A stretch of DNA of 32,000 nt from Candidatus Iainarchaeum sp. (lineage in GTDB: Archaea; Iainarchaeota; Iainarchaeia; Iainarchaeales; JACQJH01): the NCBI GenBank assembly GCA_016205145.1, contig JACQJH010000001.1, positions 90,001 to 122,000 on the forward strand, read 5' to 3'. Numbering within the stretch: position 1 is the first letter of the stretch; every line of letters starts with the position of its first letter. The notes under the pieces were generated by a model, which saw nothing but the letters and a program-made list of their open reading frames with translations, did no database searches and was not told the origin of the DNA. A program made the translations under genes and the position numbers. This document shows positions 16,814 to 26,300 of the stretch, in pieces.

Positions 16814-18424
16814 GTGGATCAAAACCTTCCAAAAGGCCAGTCCGCCATAGAATATCTTTTGCTGTTGGGCGCCGCGATTTTGATTGCCGCGGTTGTCGTT
16901 GCCTTGATTATTTTTGTGGGTTCCGGGGGCAAGCAGTCGGCGCAAAGAGGGTCGCAGACTGTTGCTGTAGCGCAGGGGAATCTTTCCAAATCCCTTGGCC
17001 TGCCAGGCCCCATCACCGACCGCGGCGGCGGAATTTTTGATTTGAAAAAGGATTTTGGCGCGAAAGGCGACGGGGTTTCCGACGATTATGAATCGTTCAT
17101 TGCTGCTGCGGCCAAGCTGAGCGGTTCGACTGACGCAACGCTTGTCATTCCTGCAGGGGACTATAAGATTGACCGGTACAAGATTTTGGCTGCGACTTCC
17201 GACGGCAGGCTTCCAAATGGCGTAACCGACATCAAGTTTTCCGGATGCAACGGCCTGGAAATTGTCGGCTTGGGAAAGGACGCATCGGGAAACTACAAGG
17301 CAAAAGTCGAGGTCAAGGGCGACTTTTACAGGTCGGCGGACCGCAGTGCCGTCAATGCCGCGGGCGTGACGGTGTGGAGTTCCAATTCCGGTTCGGTCAC
17401 GCCGTTTTATTTCGATCACTGTAACGGATTTTCCATTTCCGGCTTGGAATTGTACGGCAACAACGACAAGATGTCGCACGATCCGCGCGTCAGAGAACAC
17501 CCGTCAGGAATGGGCATTGCGACTTATGGCTGCAAAAATTATTCGATTTCCGACATTTTTGTGCACAACTTCCAGACGGACGGCATTTACCTTGGCGGCT
17601 CGGCAAGCCCCGTGGATTCGGGCGCAACCGTTGACGGCGTGGTTTCAAGCAGCAACGGCAGGCAGGGCCTCAGCATAATTCAGGTGAAAAACTCGACAAT
17701 AAAAAACAGCGTTTTCAAGGACACCGGCATTACGGGCGGAAGCGACACAGGATATAATCCGAGGGCCGGCGTTGACATCGAGCCGAACGTGAACGTCCCC
17801 AACATAACCGAAAATCTTGTTTTTGAAAACGACGAGTTCAGCAACAACCGCGGCTACCAGATTGTTTCAAGCGCTTATGTTGGCGGAATCGTGGTCAGGA
17901 ATTCAAGGGTTTTTTCGGGAAACCAGCGCAAGCTCGCCTATTTCAGGGTGAACGGCATTACAATCGAGGGCTCCGAATTCAAGACTTCTGCAAGGGAGTT
18001 TGCCCAGGACTGGGACAAGAGCGGATTCGGGGTCACTCTCATGGCGGGCGGAACCGCGCTTATAAAAAACAATCTCATAGAGGCATCCTCGTTGGCGTAT
18101 CCTGTGAAAACCGTTGGAATCCACAGGCCTTACGTGCACTTCTTTTCGGGAAGCGGGATAACCTTTGCGGGCAACAGAATTTCCACCGACTCAAGCTTTT
18201 TTTATCCCATTTCAGGGCAGGCTTATGACACCGCAATTTATTTGAACGTCGGCGAATCCTCGAACAACACTTTTTCGACCGGCATGACCGGCTTAAACCA
18301 TTTCGCAGTCGTTTACGGCCCGGCCACAAAAGTCGTTTCAGACGCGTTTTTGCCGCGGGACAATTTCAGGCCGCAGCCGGGATATGTTTGGACTGGCGCA
18401 GGCAACTCTTATTCGCAGAACTGA
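16814..18424 (+). CDS. class III (prepilin-type) signal peptide fused to a right-handed beta-helix, pectate-lyase-superfamily domain
   Basis: GTG start. N-terminus MDQNLPKG/QSAIEYLLLLGAAILIAAVVVALI (basic residue-Gly, then Q at +1, E at +5, then a hydrophobic helix). Followed by FDLKKDFGAKGDGVSDDYESF..VIPAGDY and repeated PbH1-like turns: NGFSISGLELYGNN, YSISDIFVHNFQTDGIYLGG, GLSIIQVKNSTIKNSVF, LVFENDEFSNN. Confidence 0.8.
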   Translation: MDQNLPKGQSAIEYLLLLGAAILIAAVVVALIIFVGSGGKQSAQRGSQTVAVAQGNLSKSLGLPGPITDRGGGIFDLKKDFGAKGDGVSDDYESFIAAAAKLSGSTDATLVIPAGDYKIDRYKILAATSDGRLPNGVTDIKFSGCNGLEIVGLGKDASGNYKAKVEVKGDFYRSADRSAVNAAGVTVWSSNSGSVTPFYFDHCNGFSISGLELYGNNDKMSHDPRVREHPSGMGIATYGCKNYSISDIFVHNFQTDGIYLGGSASPVDSGATVDGVVSSSNGRQGLSIIQVKNSTIKNSVFKDTGITGGSDTGYNPRAGVDIEPNVNVPNITENLVFENDEFSNNRGYQIVSSAYVGGIVVRNSRVFSGNQRKLAYFRVNGITIEGSEFKTSAREFAQDWDKSGFGVTLMAGGTALIKNNLIEASSLAYPVKTVGIHRPYVHFFSGSGITFAGNRISTDSSFFYPISGQAYDTAIYLNVGESSNNTFSTGMTGLNHFAVVYGPATKVVSDAFLPRDNFRPQPGYVWTGAGNSYSQN

Positions 18425-18483
18425 CGTTTGCCTTTTGTGCACTTGGGCGTGCCAAAGGATTTAATTTGTGTGAATGATATTTG

Positions 18484-20031
18484 ATGGTGAAACCGATGTT
18501 TTCCCGTGGCCAGTCCGCAATCGAGTATCTGCTGTTGCTTGGCGCCGCGATTTTGATTGCCGCGGTTGTCGTTGCCTTGATTTCTTTTGTGGGTTCGGGC
18601 GGAAAGACTTCGGCGCAGGAATCAGGCGTGCAGCAGAGGCTGGCAATGCAGAACCTTGCGGCTGTTGGGGGCATGGGTTTCTCCTATTCCTGTGTTGCTA
18701 ATGGTGTCTGCGAAGCCGATGAAACAATGCAGTCCTGTTCCGCGGACTGTGCTGGCAAGCCTTTCAGGCAGTACCTGCATTTTTATTCGGCGGAGGCGGG
18801 GGGTTCTGAGGTTTCTTCCGTGCCGGCGCCCATGCTTAACGTGCCCGCTTCGGGTTTGCGGCATTATATCTATGTCGAGCTTTCCGAAATGCACGGGCAT
18901 CTCAGTGTTTACCGTTCCGCCACCGTAAACAATGCGAATAACCGGTCTGTCGCGCTTTCACCCGGCGAAATCGACGCGCTGTTCAATCTTTACGGCGTGG
19001 AAACGGGCAATCCTGTTAGAGGGAAGAGCATGAACATGAGCATACTGCAGCGTGCCGACGTGCAGAAAATCCATCATGAACTTGCACAAGGCAATCCTGC
19101 GTATAATGCAAAGTACGGCAATGGCGGCCTGGAAACAGGGGTCGGGCTTGACGGTTCCGGAATGCCCGTTCTTGATGCTTCCGACAAGCTTGTGCCGGAC
19201 AGACCGGTACAGGATTACCAAGACGGCAAAACAATGCTGTGGCCGTTTTACTACAATGCCAGCGGCAAGCATAAGATGAGGGTTCTCTGGAACCTTAACA
19301 GCCCGGCGGTCAGGGAATATCTTGTGCGGTACGGCGTGAAAACCGCCTCTTTCAGTCCAAGCGGCGACCTGTTTATTGACAACACTATTTTTCCGGGCCA
19401 GGTGCTGGAGGATTATTCATATGTTTTTTCAGGTGCAAGGAACGGCCTTGCGGCGCATCTTTCCGGCATTACATTGGAAATTCGGGCAGAAATCGTGAAA
19501 CGGCTTGACGGAAAGGGGCTGATAATGAACGCTCTCAGGTTCACAAACTCCGACAATGAGATATTTTCTGATGCTGTTGTTGATTCCGGCCAGTTTGACG
19601 GTTTGATGGCCGAAAACCAGTTTTGGCGTGATGGCATTGCCATTGGCGGTTCTCCAAGGGGTGCGACGTCCGTTGCATGGTACCGGGATTTGACGCAGAA
19701 AATGAAATCAAAAGGCAAAAAGATTCTTTTTACGGCCTCCGGCTCCGGTTTTACGCGGGCTGATCCCTCAAAGATTTTGCCAGTTTGGTTATGGTTGCAC
19801 TTGGTTGCTGATGACAGCACGTATTTTCTATTGCCGGGCAATGGAGCCGATGGCGATTCGTTTGATAACCAGTTCCTTCCGTTTGTTTTTCCGCTCGGCT
19901 ATCCGCTTGACCAAGCACCGGTGCAGGACGGCAGTGTGTGGAGCAGGCGCTATGAGCGCGGCACGATTGTTTTTGACATTTCAAGCGGAAGGCTTGACGC
20001 CATAAGGTTCGAGGAAAACCCGCCCGGGTGA
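18484..20031 (+). CDS. class III (prepilin-type) signal peptide fused to a Cys mini-module and a GH-like domain; paralog of 26452-28209
   Basis: N-terminus M(VKPM)FSRG/QSAIEYLLLLGAAILIAAVVVALI; alternative ATG at 18496. 18541-18582 is 42/42 identical to 16868-16909. CVANGVCEADETMQSCSADC is followed by ~430 aa collinear with the 26452 gene (SGQFDGLMAEN, WLWLHLVADD, GYPLDQAPVQDGSVWSRRYERGTIVFD). The enzymatic family is not confidently named. Confidence 0.8.
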   Translation: MVKPMFSRGQSAIEYLLLLGAAILIAAVVVALISFVGSGGKTSAQESGVQQRLAMQNLAAVGGMGFSYSCVANGVCEADETMQSCSADCAGKPFRQYLHFYSAEAGGSEVSSVPAPMLNVPASGLRHYIYVELSEMHGHLSVYRSATVNNANNRSVALSPGEIDALFNLYGVETGNPVRGKSMNMSILQRADVQKIHHELAQGNPAYNAKYGNGGLETGVGLDGSGMPVLDASDKLVPDRPVQDYQDGKTMLWPFYYNASGKHKMRVLWNLNSPAVREYLVRYGVKTASFSPSGDLFIDNTIFPGQVLEDYSYVFSGARNGLAAHLSGITLEIRAEIVKRLDGKGLIMNALRFTNSDNEIFSDAVVDSGQFDGLMAENQFWRDGIAIGGSPRGATSVAWYRDLTQKMKSKGKKILFTASGSGFTRADPSKILPVWLWLHLVADDSTYFLLPGNGADGDSFDNQFLPFVFPLGYPLDQAPVQDGSVWSRRYERGTIVFDISSGRLDAIRFEENPPG

Positions 20032-20108
20032 ATTTTCGCCCAAGTCGGAATTCGGTGGCCCGGAAAGCTTTTTATATGGTTTTACACTATTTTCTATTGT
20101 GTTTTAAT

Positions 20109-20357
20109 ATGAATTTGACCGTCAATTTTTCCGGCCACGTTGAAGACGTAATTGAACGCCTCGTTGAAAAAGGCGTTGTCAAAACGAAATCCGAAGCGCT
20201 TCGGCTTGGCATTCTGAAGCTTGAAGAGCAGTATCTGCGCAGCCTTGACGCAGATGACCTGATTTTGGCTGAAAAGGCATGGGATGATTTCAAAGCAGGC
20301 AAGAACAAATCTCTGTCGGAAAGGGAGTTCTACTCTAAAACAGGCCTGAAAAAATGA
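20109..20357 (+). CDS. putative antitoxin (ribbon-helix-helix-like) of a RelE-family toxin
   Basis: 82 aa from ATG 20109; the track ORF starts at 20028. MNLTVNFSGHVEDVIERLVEKGVVKTKSEALRLGILKLEE has a strand-helix-helix pattern. Its stop overlaps the toxin start (ATGA, 20354-20357). Confidence 0.6.
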   Translation: MNLTVNFSGHVEDVIERLVEKGVVKTKSEALRLGILKLEEQYLRSLDADDLILAEKAWDDFKAGKNKSLSEREFYSKTGLKK

Positions 20358-20605
20358 GTTTTGAAGCGGTTTTTCTTGAATCTTTTGCCGATGACGTGGC
20401 AAGGCTTGACGGCAGCCAAAAAACGCTTGTTGAAAAAAGGCTCCGCAGGCTCACTGCAAACCCGTTTTCCGAAAAGCCACTTCACGGCCAGAAACGGTTT
20501 TGGGCTTCGAGGATCCTGAACCTGAGAATAATTTACCGCATTGAAGGGCAAAAAATATTTTTTGCCAGGGTTTCAAGCAGGAAAGACGTTTACAAAAACC
20601 TGTAG
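20354..20605 (+). CDS. relE: RelE/ParE-superfamily type II toxin
   Basis: 83 aa. FADDVARLDGSQKTLVEKRLRRLTANPF..PLHG....SRILNLRIIYRIEGQKIFFARVSSRKDVYK matches the RelE/StbE pattern (...RiiY.i......i..v.hRkdvY). Confidence 0.8.
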   Translation: MSFEAVFLESFADDVARLDGSQKTLVEKRLRRLTANPFSEKPLHGQKRFWASRILNLRIIYRIEGQKIFFARVSSRKDVYKNL

Positions 20606-20608
20606 CTG

Positions 20609-20642
20609 AAATTTTGGCAGGTTTGAAGACCTGCCAAAATTT
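20609..20642. terminator. perfect 14-bp hairpin between convergent stop codons (probable bidirectional terminator)
   Basis: aaattttggcaggt-ttgaag-acctgccaaaattt. It starts 4 nt after the relE stop (20603-20605) and ends 2 nt before the stop of the minus-strand gene (20644-20646). T-runs flank it on both strands. Confidence 0.6.
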
Positions 20643-20643
20643 T

Positions 20644-21639
20644 TCACGCAAGGATTTTTGGCACGAAGTCCGCCATTGTTTTCAGGCCGGCGCCCGCCGA
20701 GAATGCGACCGGAACCATGTTGACCGCGATCGCGGCCGTTGCCCTGTCGCCGTGAGTTCCGCCCGAGATTTTCATGTCGATTGGCGGCACGCCGTGGATT
20801 TTGACTGCGTCAAACGATTCCGCTTCCCCGATGCCGGCGCGGAAATTCATGGAAATTATTTCTTTTCCGTTCACTTTCGCCGAGGCAGTCTGCTTCACGC
20901 CGCGAACGCTTCCCATACTTATCGTTCCCCAGCTTAACGCAATCTCCTTGTCCGAGATTATCGGGCTGATTGTCTGGCTGAACTCGAAATCCTTAAAGCC
21001 AAGGCAGTGCGCTATCATTGAAAGCGATTCAGGCAGGCCGACGTGCCTGATTGTGCCTTCCGCAACCTTTTTGTCGAACTCTTCAACCGAAAGCGTGGAA
21101 CCGATTTTTTTCTGGAAGGGAACGCGCCTGTTCGAGGCGTCAATCTGCCTCGTGATTTCGATTTTTTCGATTTTCTGGCATGGCGCTGTAAGCATCAATG
21201 GCAATGCGTCCATTACAAAGCCGGGGTTGACTCCGACACCAAGCACGCTGACGTTGTTTTTGCCGGCGATTTTGTCCAAGCGCTCCGCGATTTTCCTGTT
21301 CTCGCCTATGGGGAAAGAAAGCTCTTCGGTTGTCGAAACCACGTTCAGGCCCGATTCAAGCGCTTCGATGATCTGCGGTTCTGCCTTGGCAAGGCTTGAA
21401 ACGGTTGTGTGAACAACAACGTCCGCTTTTGCCCCGGAGAAAACTTTTTTCGCGCTGTCAGAAACCGTTACGCCTGCACGTTTTCCATTGCACAGTTCTC
21501 CGGCATCCTTTCCGGCTTTTTGCGGGTCGATGTCAATCGCGCCAGCCAATTCAAGTGACTGCTTTTCAAGGCAAAGCCTCGCGGTTTCCATTCCAATAGT
21601 TCCCAAACCGTATTGAATGACCCTGATTTTTTTTGCCAT
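20644..21639 (-). CDS. DapB-like NAD(P)-binding oxidoreductase (2,4-diaminopentanoate / amine dehydrogenase-like family)
   Basis: 331 aa from MAKKIRVIQYGLGTIGMETARL (Rossmann GxGxxG) at ATG 21639, which is preceded by GGAGG. Also VVHTT, NVVSTTEE and C-terminal ISGGTHGDRATAAI. The gene is 26 nt downstream of the ThyX-like gene. Confidence 0.65.
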   Translation of the reverse strand: MAKKIRVIQYGLGTIGMETARLCLEKQSLELAGAIDIDPQKAGKDAGELCNGKRAGVTVSDSAKKVFSGAKADVVVHTTVSSLAKAEPQIIEALESGLNVVSTTEELSFPIGENRKIAERLDKIAGKNNVSVLGVGVNPGFVMDALPLMLTAPCQKIEKIEITRQIDASNRRVPFQKKIGSTLSVEEFDKKVAEGTIRHVGLPESLSMIAHCLGFKDFEFSQTISPIISDKEIALSWGTISMGSVRGVKQTASAKVNGKEIISMNFRAGIGEAESFDAVKIHGVPPIDMKISGGTHGDRATAAIAVNMVPVAFSAGAGLKTMADFVPKILA

Positions 21640-21665
21640 GCTTTTTTCCTCCCATTCCAAAAAAA

Positions 21666-23285
21666 TTATTTTTTGCCAATGCGCTCCAGCTTTTCATCCG
21701 CCTTCTTTTCCGCTTCCAGCCTTTCCAGGCCCGCGCCTTTCTCGTAGACGAATTTCATGAGTTCGAAGACAAGCGGGGTCGCCTTTTTCGCCTGATGGAA
21801 CATTTCGATTGAAACCCTTCGGTAGTCGGCGTGTCCCTGCGGCGTCGACCTCAGCTCAACCAAGTGGTACATTTCACGCGCGTTGAGAGTGAAATACCAT
21901 CTTATTTTGTACGCGAGCGGGACAACGTATTGTGCCTGCAACGGCATTTCCTTCGCGATTTTATCGTAAGTTTCCTTCGCTCCTGCCATTGCCTTTTCAA
22001 ATTCCTTCAAAACGCCCGCCTTTTCCAGTTCGGGATAAGTGTCATAGCCGAAGTTTGCCGTCAAAAGCTGGCGTTCCTGTGTAAGCTGGCGATGTCGGTG
22101 CAAGTCACGGAAGCCGCCGTAATTTGAGAGCAAGTCGAAAGTGTAGTATGCGTTTTCGAAGCTTCGCAAAGGCTTGTGCCTGCGGTTCTGCCTGTGCGCA
22201 AGAGATGCATGGATGACTTTGCGCTTTTCCTCTTCGCCCATTGCGGCAACGATTTTTTTGAGCTGGTGCAGGGGCTTGTCGCTGTGCGCGTAAAGCAGCG
22301 CGCAAACGATTTTGTTGTCGGCTTCCATGTCAAAGTCGACCAGTTCCACTTCCTTTGCCTGCTCCGCATGTTTGCCTGCAAGCAGTTCTTTTGCGGTTGC
22401 GTCAAGGTTTGCGTTCGCCTGCCTGAAAAAATCCTGTGTCGGGCCGCCGTATTTTCCGGCCGCGCGCTTGACGAAAGAAGGAATGTAAGTCAAAAGCTCT
22501 TCGTGCAATGAAGAAGCGATGCCGTTGATTTCCTTCAATGGCGAGGCGTGCATTTTGAGTATGAGGTATTCGAACGCCCTGCCATTGCCGTACAGGCCGA
22601 GGTTTGTCAGCGTTGAAGCAGGCAGGAGGCCGCGCAGGAGGTCGCAGGTTTTAGCCTTGATTGTCGACTTGTACGCGCGGTCGGTTGTCTCGGAGTCCTG
22701 CGGAAACCATTCCTCGGCCTGTGTTCTCACTTTCGGCACGAGTTCGGCGTACGTGCCGAACAGCAAATCGCACGTTTCCACGTAATCCTTTTCGAATGCC
22801 GACTGCATTATGCCAGGCTCGAGCAGGTACTGGTATCGGCCGCCCTCTTTCTCGTCAAAGTAAACGTAGCGCGTGCTTTTTTCCAGGGGGGAGAGGCCAA
22901 TGCGTGAATCCTCGAGGACTTTGCTTGCGATGATTGAAACCTTTTCGCATGCGACGTGCGCTCCGCCTAATTCCGCGACGGAATCGTCGCCGTAGCCGAC
23001 CAGAACGCGGTCGTAAAACTCTTCGGCTTTCTTGGTTGCGATTGCCTGCTGTTCTCCGTTTCCAAGTGAATAGTTGACGATTTCCCGGAAGCCGGATTCC
23101 TTGTCGGCAATGAATTCGTCGAGCAAAAGCCTGCGCAATGGTTTCGGCGAGCGCGAATAGCGCGAGAACAGTGCGCCTGAAACGACTTCGGGCAGGTTTT
23201 TGAGGACAAAGACGTTTTTGTCCATGTTCGAAAAAAACGGTTCCAGGATTTTCCGCTCTTCCGAGGAAAAAGAATTTTCCGCCAT
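21666..23285 (-). CDS. long-form ThyX-like (Thy1-fold) protein, putative FAD-dependent thymidylate synthase
   Basis: 539 aa. The C-terminal half has FRDLHRHRQLTQERQ and TLNAREMYHLVELRSTPQGHADYR, which align with the ThyX RHR motif and NxRxLxxxxxLR...H/Q region. N-terminal GALFSRYSRS suggests a second, degenerate copy. Confidence 0.6.
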   Translation of the reverse strand: MAENSFSSEERKILEPFFSNMDKNVFVLKNLPEVVSGALFSRYSRSPKPLRRLLLDEFIADKESGFREIVNYSLGNGEQQAIATKKAEEFYDRVLVGYGDDSVAELGGAHVACEKVSIIASKVLEDSRIGLSPLEKSTRYVYFDEKEGGRYQYLLEPGIMQSAFEKDYVETCDLLFGTYAELVPKVRTQAEEWFPQDSETTDRAYKSTIKAKTCDLLRGLLPASTLTNLGLYGNGRAFEYLILKMHASPLKEINGIASSLHEELLTYIPSFVKRAAGKYGGPTQDFFRQANANLDATAKELLAGKHAEQAKEVELVDFDMEADNKIVCALLYAHSDKPLHQLKKIVAAMGEEEKRKVIHASLAHRQNRRHKPLRSFENAYYTFDLLSNYGGFRDLHRHRQLTQERQLLTANFGYDTYPELEKAGVLKEFEKAMAGAKETYDKIAKEMPLQAQYVVPLAYKIRWYFTLNAREMYHLVELRSTPQGHADYRRVSIEMFHQAKKATPLVFELMKFVYEKGAGLERLEAEKKADEKLERIGKK

Positions 23286-23350
23286 TGCCCCACCAGACTA
23301 AATTAAAGCAATGGCAATGGTTAAATATTTCACTTTTGATTATTGTTTTC

Positions 23351-26300
23351 ATGCCCCATAAAACCGGCCGGCCGCGCCATTATTCCGACAGGGCCATTAA
23401 GCGGCCCGGAAGAGGCTTTTCGCATGGCCAGGGCTCTTTGGACCGCCTGATTCTCCTCGGAATCGTGGTTTTGGTTTTCGCAGTCATAATGCTTGTTGCC
23501 TTTTCCCGTCCGCATGAAAGGGCTGACGGGAAAGTGCAGGCCTATTATGCGGGGAATGGGCGGAGTGGCGTTCGTGAAGTGTTCGACTTTTTGGGCGTGC
23601 TAAAATTTGGCATGAATTCCGGTTCCGGCGGCCCTGAAATTAAGCCCGCCGTCATTCCGGGTGACGTGAACCAAAGCAAAAAGCCGGATGTCGTGCCCGC
23701 AACAGGCACTGACAAGGAACCCGTGATTCGGGCCTGCAGCAATGACTGTTCTTCCGCCGGCTTGAGGCAGTGTTCCGGTTCCGGCTATAATGTCTGCGGA
23801 AACTTTGACGAAGACGACTGCCTTGAATGGGGTTCCTGGACAGGCTGTCCTGACGGCCGGGCGTGCGCCAACGGAAACTGCGAAGTTTCTCGCGGGGTTT
23901 TTTCTTCTGAGGGCCTTGTTTCATACTGGCGTTTTGATGATTTGTCGGATTCGTTTGGTTCAAATGATTTGGTTATGTCCGGCAATGTTGTTGCGGGTTC
24001 TTCGCCTGATTGCGCTTTCGGCGGCTGCCTTGCCCTTGATTCTTCTTCCGGGCAGGCCGAAGCCAGGGGTTTGCCGGATTCGGGCGGTTTGTCTGATTTG
24101 TCGATTGCGTTGCGCGTCAAGTTTGGCGCCGGTGGCGATACTGCCACCCGGGCCTGGGTGGCGGGCTGGGCCGATGCGCAGGGCCAGGGCGTAGGTTTTT
24201 ACCGCTATGGCGCCAGCCAGCTTGTTTTTTTCGCCAACGGCGCGGATGGCAGTTTGACTGATTGCTGGAGTTCCGCCTTGAATGACGGCAAATGGCACCG
24301 GCTGGCGGGCGAGGCGTCTGAACAGCACATAACCTTGTTTGTGGACGGGTTTCCTCTTTGTTACAAGGCGCGTTCCGGCGCATTTCTTTCCGGCGCCAGC
24401 TTCAAGGCCGGCGGCCCGGTTTCCCCATCTGGCAGCGTTCTTGTTGACGAGCTGATGGTTTTCGACCGTTCGTTCACGCAGTTCGTTCACCCGCAGGCCG
24501 GTTACACTTTGCTGGGCGCTTTGCCATCCAACGCGCTTGGCATGAGGGGGCCGGTTATAGGCGCCGGCGGCGCGGTGCCGGGCGTGTACCTGTTTGACGG
24601 CAAAATATACTTTTTTTCCAGCATGGACGCATACAACTATTATAGCCTTTGCAGTTACGCCGTTTCAGGCAGCTCCGCGCGCTCTTTTGCTGTCGAGTAC
24701 GGTGATCGTTACAATACCTTCTTCGTGGACGGGGGCTTGGTGTGTGCGTGGCCGGCAAACCGCGGGCTCGCCGTTGCGCGTCCGCCTGACGACGGCTATG
24801 CCAATGAAGGGGCGGCCGCAACCACGCGGCTGCAGGCGGGCACGTTCCTGTCAACGGCCGGCCTTGACGGGCTGCCCGTGCACCGCAAGCGCCTAATTAC
24901 CGCGGGCTGGCTCAGCCCTGATTTGAAGTCCTTAAAGGAAGACCTTGGCGTGTACGACGAGTCCGGATTCGACGGCATCGCGATAGACGACGAGGTATTC
25001 TTCAATGAACCGGGCAGGCCGTGGCCATTGAATATATTTCAGAAGACCGCCTTAAGCACGGGCCGCAGGTACCGGGAAGGGCAGTTTGACGCCGTCGCCG
25101 GAGAAGTCGGGCAGGCCCTGGGAAAAGCGAAGAACCTGAAGCATAATTACATGGTACTCTATCTGGGCTGGACGCATTCGTCGGTTCTCGGCAACCACCT
25201 GAGCCCGGTGCTCGATGCGGACGGGATACCGGTATTCGACGCCAACGGCCTTAAGCTCCATAACCTGACTGCGGACGAGCAATGGCAAATCATTGCCGGC
25301 AACGCGCGGGTTGCAGCAGGGCTGGCGAAAAAGGCCGGCCTTGAAGGAATCATAATTGATACTGAACAGAACTATTCGGTCAACACCCAGGACCCCGGTT
25401 ACATTGCTTACAAGGGTTCTCCGCTTACCCTCAGCTACGAACAATCCGTGCCGGTCAATCCGGCGCCGTTCGCCGAGTACGAGGCCGCGGCCCGCCAGCG
25501 GGGGCAACAATTGGCATCCGCGATGGCCGAGGAGTATCCGGACATGACCGTGCTCTTCCATTTTGCGTACAGCCTGTACAGCGACAAGGACAGAAAGGAA
25601 ACAGGCGGAATCGACCAAAAGAGTTATTTGGAACGGTATACCCTACTGCCTGCCTTCATCGACGGCATGCTCGAAGGCGCTCCGGGCATCCGGTTCATTG
25701 ACGGCGACGAGTGGACCTACACCATCCGGCGGCGCGGGCAACTGCTTGACCGCAAGAAGCATTTCCTTGAAAACGCGCTTGAAAAATCCGCCACAAACAC
25801 GCCCGGGAACCGACAGATTGAATACGGTCAAGAGCTGTGGGCTACCGTGCTTGAGCAGACGCCCGATGATGCAGCTTGGGTTGATGTAAACTTTATTCCC
25901 GAAGATGAGATTGAATTGGCTAAGCAGTTCGGATACGGAATCCGCGACGCCTTGCGCGCAAGCGAGGGCATGGTTCTGATTTGGCACGCACAGCGTCCGC
26001 CGTGGCCGGTCTACCGGACTGCAAGAAATGGGCAGAGGTACCGCGCCCAGGGCGTGATGCCCGATTCTTTCAGACAGGCGATAAAGGATGCGCGCAAGAA
26101 TGTCGAGGGCAACACCAATCCGGTGATGCCGGTTGTCGGTTTTGTTTCGGCAGGCACGGGGGAAAAAGTTTCAATCACTTTGCCTGAGGCAAGCGACGCC
26201 GACGGGGATTCCTTGATTACCTGGGTTGACGGCCTGCCGGAAGGCGCGTCTTACGAGCCGCTTTCCCGCACAATCGAATGGCCGAACCCGCGCGCGGGAA

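Noticed and set aside
23285-23350. Track start at 23285 for the large LamG protein
   Set aside because: It would place the start codon back-to-back with the divergent ThyX-like start and leave no promoter. ATG 23351 follows a ttaaatattt box at about -23.
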